IMG/VR virus record: IMGVR_UViG_3300014613_000017
Location: 1-64,000 of that record
Length of the DNA: 64,000 nucleotides
DNA from: a virus
Strand: one strand, 5' to 3'
This document shows positions 40,065-49,735 of this stretch, piece after piece. Positions within the stretch are counted from its first letter, which is position 1, and the number at the start of each line of letters is the position of its first letter. The notes beneath the pieces are model-generated. The model was not told the DNA's origin, did no database searches, and saw only the letters and a program-made list of their open reading frames with translations. The translations under genes were made by a program, and so were the position numbers.

Positions 40065-40463
40065 TTATTTAAGCTTAACTCTAAGCTCCCAAATTTGATT
40101 CCACTCGACATTTTTCAGGTGTTCTGGAGTTTCTCCTTCATATAACTTAATGTCATTTGCATTAGTGCCGACATATTCGTTATTTTCAGAGTAATGTACT
40201 CGATACATATCTCTACCATCTTCATCTATTCCATCGCAATCATAGTGTCCGACTATTACACCAATATCTCCACCGTCTAGACCAAACCATGAGTCAGAAC
40301 GAGAAGCATCTTTTTTGAAAACTACATCTCCATAGTTAAAACTTTTCATAGACATCATAGCTGCATTTAGTTTTTGCTTCTCAACTCTTTTTAGATACTC
40401 AGTTAAAGCTTTGTCTATTACAGATAGCTCTTCATCTGACAGGTAATTATAATCCATATTCAC
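40065..40463 (-). CDS. hypothetical protein with SH3/KOW-like segment
   Basis: GDVVF...GDIGVIVG. Confidence 0.7.
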   Translation of the reverse strand: MNMDYNYLSDEELSVIDKALTEYLKRVEKQKLNAAMMSMKSFNYGDVVFKKDASRSDSWFGLDGGDIGVIVGHYDCDGIDEDGRDMYRVHYSENNEYVGTNANDIKLYEGETPEHLKNVEWNQIWELRVKLK

Positions 40464-40500
40464 TCCACATTCCTTTCTGTTTGTTGTTAAAAGAATAGTT

Positions 40501-40818
40501 TTAATTGCTATGTTTTAATAAAAATTCATCAACAGTCATGTACCATATATTCTCATCGTTTCCATCTGCAATGTCCTTATTGATCATTCTTAAGATTTCA
40601 CGTACATTTACATTTGATTTATTATTAACCTCTAAATCTCCCCAGTTAACTTTTGTTAGGTCTATTACATGATATGATCCTTCATCCTCAACAATATATG
40701 CTTCTTCGTCAACTTCAATTGTGAAATGGTTTTCTTGGCTATCCTTGTCTCCCCAAGCCCAAAACGAATCGCCTGATTTAAATAGGCTTCTTCCTGCTGA
40801 ACACGTAAACATTTTCAC
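40501..40818 (-). CDS. hypothetical protein (GTG start)
   Basis: GGAGG RBS. Confidence 0.65.
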   Translation of the reverse strand: MKMFTCSAGRSLFKSGDSFWAWGDKDSQENHFTIEVDEEAYIVEDEGSYHVIDLTKVNWGDLEVNNKSNVNVREILRMINKDIADGNDENIWYMTVDEFLLKHSN

Positions 40819-40846
40819 TGTATTTCCTCCCTTTAAAACAAGTAGT

Positions 40847-41101
40847 TTATTTGTTATTTTGCTTAACTTCAATTAGTTTAAAGCGTGACAAACCTTCATC
40901 TCTAATTTGATTAAGTTTGTTGATTGTTTCTGTAATTTCTATAAGCCATTCACTGATCTCGTTCTCATCTGCTATCGAATCACTATTTTGGAAAGTACTT
41001 GCAATATGCTGAACATTTGTCTTTGTCGATACAATCTCATCAAAAAACTTTTGGTCGCTCAATACGTTATACAATTTCACTTTCATTTCCTCCATTTCCA
41101 T
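40847..41101 (-). CDS. hypothetical protein
   Basis: Compact ORF. Confidence 0.65.
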   Translation of the reverse strand: MEMEEMKVKLYNVLSDQKFFDEIVSTKTNVQHIASTFQNSDSIADENEISEWLIEITETINKLNQIRDEGLSRFKLIEVKQNNK

Positions 41102-41158
41102 TACTTAACTTCTTCTTATGATTATAATTGATTAATTAAAAGATTACAAGTGTTTTGT

Positions 41159-41383
41159 TTATTTATTTTTTAAAAGACTTCGCATAAATTCTACTTTGTC
41201 AGCTATATCTGCCATCTCTGCCACTTTAGCCTGTTTCCGTGCGTACTCAGGTGAAGCCATTTTAGTTATTAGTAGTAGCAATCCATCTATCATGTCTTGC
41301 TGTTTTTTAAATAAATCAGTTAACTGGCTGATCTGTTCAGTGTGCTGCTTAAGACTTCCATATATAAACTCTTGTTCGTTCAC
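41159..41383 (-). CDS. coiled-coil hypothetical protein
   Basis: GGAGG RBS. Confidence 0.7.
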   Translation of the reverse strand: MNEQEFIYGSLKQHTEQISQLTDLFKKQQDMIDGLLLLITKMASPEYARKQAKVAEMADIADKVEFMRSLLKNK

Positions 41384-41409
41384 TCTATCCCTCCATTAAA
41401 ATTAGACAT

Positions 41410-42135
41410 TTATTGTATTGCTGACTCCGCTACTTTAAATCCTAAATCTTCAGCTTCTTTTTTAACAAATCCACCATCTAAATGCATGCAATAAACCCTA
41501 TCTCTTACGTCCGACTTCACCAATTCATCTAATTTTCTCAAGGAGAGATGTACATTCCCTTCGTAATCAGCCTTACAAGTGTCTTGATAGAAATAATCAA
41601 AGACTCCACTGTGCAGATTTCCAAGGATGGTTTTTGGAATATCATTAGAATCTCCACTGTAATATGCAACTTTACCTTCAAACTGAATAACATATCCATA
41701 GCAATCTAGCTCTTTTACATGTGTAACATCTACAGACTCCACTAGCATTTTTAAATTATCAATGATTACATTGTTATGAAACTGTACTAAGTTATATGAG
41801 TTTTGTTTTACTCCCACCATTTTTAACAAGCGACTGATTTCTAAGAAGTAAGGTGCGTAAACAGTAACATTAGGCTTCATCATTTCTCCCATTGCATAAT
41901 AGCCGTAGAATATTAAATCCCCTAATGAGCCAACATGATCTGGATGTGTATGAGTTAATAATACTGAAATATCTTCAATTCCTTCTAATAGCCCTGCCTC
42001 AATGATTCGATCAAAAGTGTTGCTACCACAATCAATTAGAAACAAGCTTTTGTCTTTTTTGATAAATGCTCCATTGTTGCCTAGTTTTGTATTGAATGCA
42101 CTTCCTGTGCCAATAAATTTCAACATGTTATTCAT
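41410..42135 (-). CDS. metallo-beta-lactamase-fold hydrolase, Apyc1-like
   Basis: GTGSAF, LIDCG, THTHPDH, THV, YSGD, VHLSL and MH motifs. Confidence 0.85.
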   Translation of the reverse strand: MNNMLKFIGTGSAFNTKLGNNGAFIKKDKSLFLIDCGSNTFDRIIEAGLLEGIEDISVLLTHTHPDHVGSLGDLIFYGYYAMGEMMKPNVTVYAPYFLEISRLLKMVGVKQNSYNLVQFHNNVIIDNLKMLVESVDVTHVKELDCYGYVIQFEGKVAYYSGDSNDIPKTILGNLHSGVFDYFYQDTCKADYEGNVHLSLRKLDELVKSDVRDRVYCMHLDGGFVKKEAEDLGFKVAESAIQ

Positions 42136-42149
42136 CCTTTCCTAATGTT

Positions 42150-42422
42150 TTATGATCTACTTCGAAACTCCATTGATTCCTTCATATCTTTATCAGATAG
42201 AGCTTTTAAAGCTTCTCCGTTTTGCTCAACACACTTTTCAAAACTTCTTTTAATTTTAAGTTTTATTCCACACTTGGGACAATAATTCACATCTAGCCTG
42301 TAAATTTCATTGCGAAAATACTCAATATAAAGATAATGACCACCTTTGTCTTCATCGTAACAAATCCCGTCACTTCCTCTAAGGGCTTCTTCTGTATTGT
42401 CCTTATTGCAGTAATCGCACAT
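42150..42422 (-). CDS. zinc-binding hypothetical protein
   Basis: CDYC...YCPKCG. Confidence 0.7.
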   Translation of the reverse strand: MCDYCNKDNTEEALRGSDGICYDEDKGGHYLYIEYFRNEIYRLDVNYCPKCGIKLKIKRSFEKCVEQNGEALKALSDKDMKESMEFRSRS

Positions 42423-42469
42423 TTCACCCTCTCCTTCCCTTGTAAAAACGTTATTTTATTTGGTATTAA

Positions 42470-42904
42470 TTATGGTATCACGGGCAACACTCTCACCATT
42501 TTCAAAGCATTACCTAAGAATACTCCAACACTTGCAGCACCAACTAACGCTGTATCAATTATGTCGAATCCTTTATTCTCATTATTCTTTGTATCTGAAT
42601 CAACAATTTCATCTTTATCAACTTCAGATGTGAGAACTACACTACTCACGTTCATCACTGTTGATCCTTGTAGCTCTCTGATTTCATTATGTTGGTTCAC
42701 ATTAATCTGCTGTAATGTGCTGTTTCTTGTTTCAAGTTGCTCAATCTTCATTTGTTGTTTTTGTAGCAACTTCGCATATAAATCAACCTTTGCATTTTGG
42801 TCTTTTATGTTCCCTATGAATGATAATAGTAGTACGATTAGAGTGGTTATAATGATGCAAATTAGGACAACACGACCTTTCTTAAGTCGTTTTAACATTG
42901 TCAT
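42470..42904 (-). CDS. membrane-anchored coiled-coil protein
   Basis: N-terminal TM, coiled coil, C-terminal hydrophobic helix. Confidence 0.7.
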   Translation of the reverse strand: MTMLKRLKKGRVVLICIIITTLIVLLLSFIGNIKDQNAKVDLYAKLLQKQQMKIEQLETRNSTLQQINVNQHNEIRELQGSTVMNVSSVVLTSEVDKDEIVDSDTKNNENKGFDIIDTALVGAASVGVFLGNALKMVRVLPVIP

Positions 42905-42933
42905 CCTCCATATTTTTGATTATAGTTTATTAA

Positions 42934-43518
42934 TTAAGCGTTTTTTCTTTTCTTTCTAAGATGTGTAACTTTATTCTCACCTTGTTTTTCCAATGGGAAT
43001 GCCACTTCAATTGATCCTACACATTGTTTAGCTAGCTTCAATACATTGCTTAATCGTGTTCCTTGTAGTACTTTAAAATTCAAATCTACACAGCTAGAGC
43101 TTATATTTACTACACCATGTATGCTGAAATCTCCAACGGGAATCAACTTCTTACCAACACCTCTTCCAGCATGAAGACTTCCACTGTTAAATGAAATTTT
43201 CCCAATGCTATCTTCCCTGCCTAGACTTGCATCAATAGCTATAACAGTTTTTCCTTTTGGTATTTTTGCAACGCTTTCTTCTAAATTTAAGGCATGAACT
43301 GGCTCATCAATTGTGCCAAGTACATTTTCATATCCCAATTCTTTTAGGAAGCTGCCTACAAACGGAGCAAATGAATCTCCTGATGAACGATCTGTTCCTA
43401 TACATAGAAAGAATACATCTTTCGTCTTTACATGTTTATTGAAACTTGCAGACAGTGATTTCACATCCTCGAACACACCCAGTCTTACTCCTTCAAATAC
43501 ATCATCGTTTCCAGCCAT
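42934..43518 (-). CDS. yyaC: spore protease YyaC (DUF1256/GPR-like) homolog
   Basis: CIGTDRSSGDS..P.VG, IAIDASLG and G.GVGK.L..VGD.SI.G.VN. Confidence 0.88.
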   Translation of the reverse strand: MAGNDDVFEGVRLGVFEDVKSLSASFNKHVKTKDVFFLCIGTDRSSGDSFAPFVGSFLKELGYENVLGTIDEPVHALNLEESVAKIPKGKTVIAIDASLGREDSIGKISFNSGSLHAGRGVGKKLIPVGDFSIHGVVNISSSCVDLNFKVLQGTRLSNVLKLAKQCVGSIEVAFPLEKQGENKVTHLRKKRKNA

Positions 43519-43556
43519 TATTTATGCCTCCTTATAGTTAATTAATTAGATAAGTT

Positions 43557-43733
43557 TTATAAATTGTATTTCTTTTTAATTTCCTCGTTTCTTCTTCCAC
43601 TGTCCTCAATATCCAGTTCAATCATTCTCGTCCATATCTTATTTAATACAAAATATGAAGTCAGATCTCTACTTTTCATCGCCTTTTCGCTTTCAGCATA
43701 TAATTCATCTTGTAGCGTCTTCCATTTATCCAT
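43557..43733 (-). CDS. hypothetical protein, 58 aa
   Basis: Read by eye (MDKWKTLQDEL...); GGAGG RBS. Confidence 0.6.
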   Translation of the reverse strand: MDKWKTLQDELYAESEKAMKSRDLTSYFVLNKIWTRMIELDIEDSGRRNEEIKKKYNL

Positions 43734-43759
43734 AGTTTACCTCCATTAAAATAGAAGTT

Positions 43760-43966
43760 TTAATTAAACTCTTTTTTGTGTTTCTCAATAACTTTACGCA
43801 TCATTGTTTTACCACTTCTAGTTCCAATGAATACAGTCTTTGCTAATAGCCCTTCTGCATATAGTTTTAGATATGCCTTTTGCCATTCAAGCAACTCAAA
43901 ACCAAGATATTTTTCAGCGAAATAGGCAGGATCATTTTTACATTTTTGAAATTCTTGATTGTTCAC
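43760..43966 (-). CDS. mini-protein resembling a terminase large subunit N-terminus
   Basis: KCKNDPAYFAEKY...L..WQ...RSGKT. Confidence 0.65.
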   Translation of the reverse strand: MNNQEFQKCKNDPAYFAEKYLGFELLEWQKAYLKLYAEGLLAKTVFIGTRSGKTMMRKVIEKHKKEFN

Positions 43967-44011
43967 GACTTCTCCTCCTCCTAGCTAATATAAAATGGAA
44001 CTTTCGTTGGA

Positions 44012-44233
44012 CTATTCATACTGCTTTCTAAGCTTCTTCTTCACCAAATTTCGATCATATTTCTCAGCGTTGACACGCTTTTCCCTATTACACTTAGGAC
44101 AATACAGAATGTAATACGTTGCCATCTCATATCTTCCTGAATCATGATTTGCATACACACGATAGTCAGTATCAATATTTCGATAGTCATGTTCACACTT
44201 TAACTTTTTCAGAAGCGATTTAAAGAATTTCAT
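44012..44233 (-). CDS. zinc-binding hypothetical protein
   Basis: C.H.Y...CPKC. Confidence 0.65.
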   Translation of the reverse strand: MKFFKSLLKKLKCEHDYRNIDTDYRVYANHDSGRYEMATYYILYCPKCNREKRVNAEKYDRNLVKKKLRKQYE

Positions 44234-44400
44234 TAATATCTCTCCTTACGATGTCTAGCTCGATTATCACTCCATGCCTTCATTGCCAACTTTTTATTGT
44301 GTTTTTTCTCAACAATTGTTCCTATGACTGCTCCGATTATAAATGTAACTACTGTTGCTATAAGCATTTCCATTTAAATACCTCCTGTAAGTAATATGAT

Positions 44401-44628
44401 TTACTGTTGTAGATAATCTTCCAAATCTTCAATAGTGGAATCAGATTCGTTAATTTTCAAATCGTCTTCCCATTCAAATTCAGCAGATTCTTTCACATTT
44501 CCAATCTGCACCTCTACCCACATCTCGCTGCCAACTAAATCTTTAAATTCACCGACAAAATGTTCTGCATTTTCATACTCACTTGAATAATCTACAACAT
44601 AAACTTCCAACTTCATCACTCTTGCCAT
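44401..44628 (-). CDS. acidic hypothetical protein
   Basis: RBS; F.W.DD..IN motif. Confidence 0.7.
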   Translation of the reverse strand: MARVMKLEVYVVDYSSEYENAEHFVGEFKDLVGSEMWVEVQIGNVKESAEFEWEDDLKINESDSTIEDLEDYLQQ

Positions 44629-45237
44629 TTTTACACTTCCTTTAGTTTAATAAATACAATATTTTAATTGTTTGTTTTGTTAGTTTTGTTAATCTTTTTT
44701 AAAAGTGACAGCTCCCAAGAGGTACAGTGCACAATTTTCCCATCTAAAATCCACCAAGAAGGCTTTTCCTTTAGTCTCTCAATAATAGACTCCAAGGTTT
44801 TATTGCTTACAAATCCACCTTTATGCACCTAAATCACCTCATTCTCCAATAATACTGATCGTATTTCCGCATATAAATCCTCAAGCAGCATTACTTGAAT
44901 ATCCAGCTTCCCACCATTCTCTAACTTATAATCCATTATCTCAATAAGTTTGAACATGCGATCATTTAGATTCTGTAGTCTTGTTATTTTGTCCACTCTT
45001 AGTCATCCCTTTCTTATTCCTTAATTCTTACTTCAACCGTGTCAAAATCTACCTCATATCTGTCTCCGCTAAATCCAGATATTCCTACAATAGAATCAAC
45101 ATATGAGGTGTCTCCAAGCTTCTTAAATAAGTATTCCTGAACTGCTTGTGTAAATTCTTTTTTAGTCAACTCAACTTTCATCGTTTTTCTCCTTCCCCCC
45201 TAAAATAACTCTTTTAATGAATAATGTTTTCATACTG

Positions 45238-45402
45238 TTACTTAACAGGTTCAAAATAACTACTGTGTACCCATCCAAACTCTTGTTTCCAATCCAAATA
45301 CATCAAGAAAAAGGTTTCCCCTTCTTCTTTATTAACACCGTATATAGCAACTTTTTCTCCTGTATCTCTATCCGATAATTTATAAAGCAGTTTGTACTCC
45401 AT
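45238..45402 (-). CDS. hypothetical protein
   Basis: AAGGAGTG RBS before MEYK. Confidence 0.6.
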   Translation of the reverse strand: MEYKLLYKLSDRDTGEKVAIYGVNKEEGETFFLMYLDWKQEFGWVHSSYFEPVK

Positions 45403-45421
45403 GTGTTTCACTCCTTCTTGT

Positions 45422-45661
45422 TTAAGTTTTGCTTTGTAACATAATATGTTCACTTAAATGCTGAAACACTTTTGATAAGTCATCACACAGCTCAGAAGTT
45501 AATTTCACTCCAAAATGGGAATCACAGCCTTCTATTAAATAAAAATCACCATCCGTAGAGTTGTGAACAAAGAAAAGTCTCTCATTGTCTATTTTTTTAA
45601 GAATGCCCTCTTCGTCATATACTTTAATGTCACCAAATATATCTACATTATTGAATTTCAT
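45422..45661 (-). CDS. hypothetical protein
   Basis: AAGGAGTG RBS. Confidence 0.65.
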   Translation of the reverse strand: MKFNNVDIFGDIKVYDEEGILKKIDNERLFFVHNSTDGDFYLIEGCDSHFGVKLTSELCDDLSKVFQHLSEHIMLQSKT

Positions 45662-45711
45662 GTTTCTTCACTCCTTGAAATGTTTTTATGCTTCCAATTA
45701 AAACCAATCTT

Positions 45712-45930
45712 TTATTTGTTAATGTCCACACAAACCATTTTGCTACTAAATGAACTTATTACATTAAATCCACTGTTTTTTAGATATTCTGAGATACAAT
45801 ACCTAACTACATCATCAGGAATAGAAATCACATAGCAATCTTTTTCCCAATTTTTAATGTCATTATAAACTTTTTCTAGCAATGTATTTATTTCATTTAG
45901 TGTTTCCTCGAAATAATTACTCGCCTTCAT
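45712..45930 (-). CDS. hypothetical protein
   Basis: Stop codon inside palindrome 45699. Confidence 0.55.
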   Translation of the reverse strand: MKASNYFEETLNEINTLLEKVYNDIKNWEKDCYVISIPDDVVRYCISEYLKNSGFNVISSFSSKMVCVDINK

Positions 45931-46108
45931 ATTCTTCAATATTTATGCTTGATAGATTTTCTAAGACCCTCTTCGCCATCTCAATCAGCTCATATACAGA
46001 CTCTGCGTCTTCCATATAAGCACATTCACGCTTTTCAGTGTGTCTAAGAGACTGGCTCAATCCTTGATAAATAACGTCATAATCACTAATAGTCAGTCTA
46101 TATCTCAT
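45917..46108 (-). CDS. hypothetical protein
   Basis: AAGGAG RBS. Confidence 0.65.
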   Translation of the reverse strand: MRYRLTISDYDVIYQGLSQSLRHTEKRECAYMEDAESVYELIEMAKRVLENLSSINIEEYEGE

Positions 46109-46126
46109 AATTTCATCTCTCCTTAA

Positions 46127-46456
46127 TTATTGTGGTTTTGAATTAGCACCGTCATGAACTAGAAACATTTTATATTTTTTAATCTTACTTATTAATGATG
46201 ATTTCTTTGATTCCCCATACCAAGAGTGAGGATAGATACTATCTCTGCCTTTATATTTATCATCTATAAAACCTTGAAAAGCGTCACTGTCAGCTCTTTT
46301 CCAAAAGAAAATTTTTGCTCCTTCTGGTTGATTTTCAAATGGCAACGATTCATCACTAAAGCTATCAACAGTAGTGTCCACTATCCCACTGTAAATTTCA
46401 AAACTTTCATGTGGAAATTCTGAACTCCACCATATTTGACCGATTCCTAAATACAA
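46127..46456 (-). CDS. hypothetical protein (TTG start)
   Basis: AGGAG RBS after palindrome 46477. Confidence 0.65.
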   Translation of the reverse strand: MYLGIGQIWWSSEFPHESFEIYSGIVDTTVDSFSDESLPFENQPEGAKIFFWKRADSDAFQGFIDDKYKGRDSIYPHSWYGESKKSSLISKIKKYKMFLVHDGANSKPQ

Positions 46457-46489
46457 ACTAGCAACCCCTCTCCTATTAAAATTTTCGTT

Positions 46490-46621
46490 TTATTCGATAA
46501 CGTCATTTTCTTCGTCTTTTTCGTCATCTAGCCAAACTATCCATCCTTGCCCTCTAATCCCTTGTGTATCAAGGGTTTCAGGCGACTCTATAACACTTCC
46601 GTTCTTAAACACGATTTTCAC
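46490..46621 (-). CDS. cassette mini-protein, 43 aa (MKIVFKNGSVIES...IRG)
   Basis: Read by eye; GGAGG RBS; stop codon is the palindrome arm. Confidence 0.6.
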   Translation of the reverse strand: MKIVFKNGSVIESPETLDTQGIRGQGWIVWLDDEKDEENDVIE

Positions 46622-46656
46622 CTTTTCAACCTCCGATAAAATGCACATTTTAGTCT

Positions 46657-47022
46657 TCAATAGATATTATTTCTGAAATTATCGAACAACTTATTTACCT
46701 TCTTTGTTACAGCACTGTCTCTATAAAAGCTCATCTCACTGTATTGTCTTGGATTTGGATTGTCAGGATCGCTTGATTGGCAACCTTCTCGATTTAATTG
46801 GTGCTGGAAATTTTCTTCTGAACACCATTTCAATCCACCCCAACCAACCCACTTATCATCGGATGCTGTTACTTCCAAATATCCATCAAGCTGATTTAAA
46901 CGTTTGAGCATAAGTAGATACTCGCTAAACTGATCTTCCCAATCCTTATAGCTACTTCCAAACATCATTGTTAGTTCATCTGTGAACTGAACACGGACTA
47001 TTTTATTTCTTTGCTTACCCAT
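46657..47022 (-). CDS. hypothetical protein
   Basis: GAGGTG RBS; WVGWGGLKWC motif. Confidence 0.75.
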   Translation of the reverse strand: MGKQRNKIVRVQFTDELTMMFGSSYKDWEDQFSEYLLMLKRLNQLDGYLEVTASDDKWVGWGGLKWCSEENFQHQLNREGCQSSDPDNPNPRQYSEMSFYRDSAVTKKVNKLFDNFRNNIY

Positions 47023-47055
47023 AGCACACCTCAATTATTGTATTATAGTTTACTA

Positions 47056-47460
47056 TTAAACTGTTTCTAAAACCTTCTTCTTCCAAGTGAATCGAGCTTT
47101 GTTAAATGCTTTCTTGATTGAATAGTAAGCATCTCGCTTAACTAAATCAAGATGAGTTACCTTCTCTTCTATCCCTAATTCTCTATTCAGCTTCAGATAC
47201 AATTGATTGTCACGTTTCCATCCTACAGGTGTTTTACAGTGATTCTTCATCCATACGATTGTTCCTTCAGCATTTACAATGAAATGTAATTTACCATATC
47301 TGTAATGTGTTCCAGCATGGTTAGCTCGTACACTTGAAACCGCCAATTGAGCATTGCGTGTCATTTTCAGTCTAGCTTGATGTAGTGAAAGCTCCTCATT
47401 ACCTTTAACTGATTTACAATACTCTCTGTAGATACCCTTTGCGAATTTTAAAGTTTGCAT
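47056..47460 (-). CDS. basic hypothetical protein
   Basis: RBS; Y.YG.LHF motif. Confidence 0.7.
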   Translation of the reverse strand: MQTLKFAKGIYREYCKSVKGNEELSLHQARLKMTRNAQLAVSSVRANHAGTHYRYGKLHFIVNAEGTIVWMKNHCKTPVGWKRDNQLYLKLNRELGIEEKVTHLDLVKRDAYYSIKKAFNKARFTWKKKVLETV

Positions 47461-47493
47461 TTTAATTTCCCCTTTTCATTATGGATTTAGTTT

Positions 47494-47790
47494 TTAATTT
47501 AGGTTTCCGTTTTCATCTGCATCATCTTCACTTACAAATTCATCATCAAACATATGCTCAAACAGATCAGGATTGTTCTCGTATACTTCCTTCATGGCTT
47601 CCAGCATGTCAGTCTGTCCTTCTTGATAAGCTAACTGGAAATAAATTCTTAGAACTGAAAACACCTCGATTGGTAAGGCGAGTTTGTTCCCATTCGTCTC
47701 ATTCATAATCTTCTCCCATTTAGCTTGTACAATCTCAGTTAAATTGTTGTCTATCTTATCCCCTAAATTCAATCCGTTGCTCATTCTCAT
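47494..47790 (-). CDS. acidic hypothetical protein, first gene after a promoter
   Basis: RBS. Confidence 0.7.
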   Translation of the reverse strand: MRMSNGLNLGDKIDNNLTEIVQAKWEKIMNETNGNKLALPIEVFSVLRIYFQLAYQEGQTDMLEAMKEVYENNPDLFEHMFDDEFVSEDDADENGNLN

Positions 47791-47825
47791 TTTCCCCGTT
47801 TCTATTAAAGTAGTTTACACTATTT

Positions 47826-47854
47826 ACTATATACATATTTCCAATAATTATCAA
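47826..47854 (-). promoter_or_regulatory. sigmaA-like promoter
   Basis: TTGATA-17-TATAGT, same hexamers as the SSB promoter. Confidence 0.6.
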
Positions 47855-47970
47855 TACTTTATTTATAATTTATTAAATAAATAATTATTGAGCTGTTTAA
47901 TCGTTCATAATTGTTGCTCTTATAGTTAATTAAAAAATGGACATAATAACTTTTAAGGGCGGTGATCTTC

Positions 47971-48084
47971 TTGGAAGATGCATTCAAAGTTTTGTCCATT
48001 GCTGTAGTTGCTTCTGTAGTTGTGGTTTTTACTATTTATATGACTGTTAATATTTTTTGTTATCACTTAGGTATGTGCTATTAA
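47971..48084 (+). CDS. single-TM peptide, 37 aa (MEDAFKVLSIAVVASVVVVFTIYMTVNIFCYHLGMCY)
   Basis: Read by eye; GGCGGTGA RBS; TTG start. Confidence 0.6.
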   Translation: MEDAFKVLSIAVVASVVVVFTIYMTVNIFCYHLGMCY

Positions 48085-48094
48085 AAGATGCTTT

Positions 48095-48466
48095 TTAATT
48101 GATGTTGCTTAACGCTTGTCGTGCAATTTTTCCTGCATCAATGCTAACTGTTGTATTCTCACCATCCACTAACAGATTGTTTTCTTCATCTGCATAAAAC
48201 TTCAACGCTTCACGTAGACGGTCAATTTCAGCATCTTTTCTTTCGAGGTTATCTTGATGTGCATTTGCTACTATTACACGTGTTTCTCGCAAAGTGTCAA
48301 CGTTTTTTTGTAACCCTTTTATGTTGCTTTGGAGATAATCAATGCCTATTTCCAACTCTTCCACACGTTCAGCTTGTTCGATAAGCCACCTAATATCTAG
48401 GTGAAGGTATTTCATTGTGCCAAAGCCTTGAGTTTTAATTTGTTCTAGACGTTCCTTATCTGTCAT
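48095..48466 (-). CDS. coiled-coil hypothetical protein
   Basis: WLIEQAERVEELE...ALKFYAD. Confidence 0.75.
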   Translation of the reverse strand: MTDKERLEQIKTQGFGTMKYLHLDIRWLIEQAERVEELEIGIDYLQSNIKGLQKNVDTLRETRVIVANAHQDNLERKDAEIDRLREALKFYADEENNLLVDGENTTVSIDAGKIARQALSNIN

Positions 48467-48504
48467 TTTTGATCCTCCATTTATAGTTCATTAAATGTAA
48501 CATT

Positions 48505-49131
48505 TTAATTGGCTTCACCCTCATCTTCGTCTTTCCACATTTGTAGCCAACTTGCTATAACATCGTATCTGATTTCATCGTAAACTTCTGAACTTATAAA
48601 CCATTCATCCCAATCTTTATTATGCTTGATAGAATTGCAACCTTTGCAAGCTAAAACACAGTTATCAATACCATCTGAGCCATTGTTATAAGCATGATCT
48701 TTGTGTAGATTGTTATTATATTTAGCTTTAGCCTCGGTTTCACTGATGCCACAATACATACAGGAACTGTTAGCGTAATCATATAATATAGCCAATTCTT
48801 CATTGGATATGTCATGATTTTTATGAGATTGTCTTTTTTCTCTGTATGTCTTAATCTTGTCTTTGTTGTTGCGTTGCCATTCTAAATACTTACCACTTTT
48901 TCTATCTTCTCTGTTTCTCTCAAGTCTTTTTGCTTTATAGTGCTCTCTAGCATCTCTTTCTTTGTAATATTCTCTCCATTTTGTCTCGTTTTCTTTTTTC
49001 CAATTAGCCGAATATTCTCTAGAACATTCCTTACATGAGGAAAATAACCCATCTCTACTGCTTTTATGCTTATAGAAAAACTCTGATGTTGATGGGAATG
49101 TTTCCAAACACTTCTTGCATTGCTTCTCCAA
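48505..49131 (-). CDS. HNH endonuclease
   Basis: CKKC...CKEC N-terminus; CMYC...KDH...N...C..CN..K. Confidence 0.85.
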   Translation of the reverse strand: MEKQCKKCLETFPSTSEFFYKHKSSRDGLFSSCKECSREYSANWKKENETKWREYYKERDAREHYKAKRLERNREDRKSGKYLEWQRNNKDKIKTYREKRQSHKNHDISNEELAILYDYANSSCMYCGISETEAKAKYNNNLHKDHAYNNGSDGIDNCVLACKGCNSIKHNKDWDEWFISSEVYDEIRYDVIASWLQMWKDEDEGEAN

Positions 49132-49165
49132 AACTTCACCTTCCTCTCCCAATAAGTCGAGCCTT

Positions 49166-49321
49166 TTACTGTATATCTAGTTGCTCAATGTAGTCCAATA
49201 TCAATGAAGCAGTCCAAACCTTTCCTTTCTGAAATGAGATGTCCTTACATTCTTCATTGATGGTCATTCCATCACGAATCATAATCATAAGCTTATCTTT
49301 AACTTTCTCAACTTCACTCAT
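49166..49321 (-). CDS. hypothetical protein, 51 aa
   Basis: AGGAG RBS before MSEVEK. Confidence 0.55.
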   Translation of the reverse strand: MSEVEKVKDKLMIMIRDGMTINEECKDISFQKGKVWTASLILDYIEQLDIQ

Positions 49322-49735
49322 TTTTTCATCTCCTAATGAAATCTTTATTTCATTATTATTTTGATTATAATTTATTAATATGCAAGAAGCAAGCATTATA
49401 TTACTCAATGTTGGCTTCTTTTCCATTTTCTTTATTTAATTCTTCAGCAACTCGTTTAGCTTCTTCCTCTAAGGCTTTGATTTGATCGTCAGTCAATACT
49501 GTAATAGACTTCTTGTAATCATCCCAGCTCGAATTTGTCATTGCTGTTATACCTCTTTTCTATTTTTGAATATCATATCACATCCATTTCATTTGCTCAA
49601 ATTTCATTTTTAATAATTATTAAAAGTTTATTAATTTACTAAGATTTTGTTGGACAGCAGACACCTCTCTGTCCATACAACATCTCGCAACTATTGCAAA
49701 CAACACCTGTTATATGGAGCATGTCTATCATTCTG

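Noticed and set aside
46490-46621. third purely non-coding cassette
   Set aside because: It contains a 43-codon ORF with a good RBS, so its CCCTTG-TGTAT-CAAGGG palindrome may be incidental.
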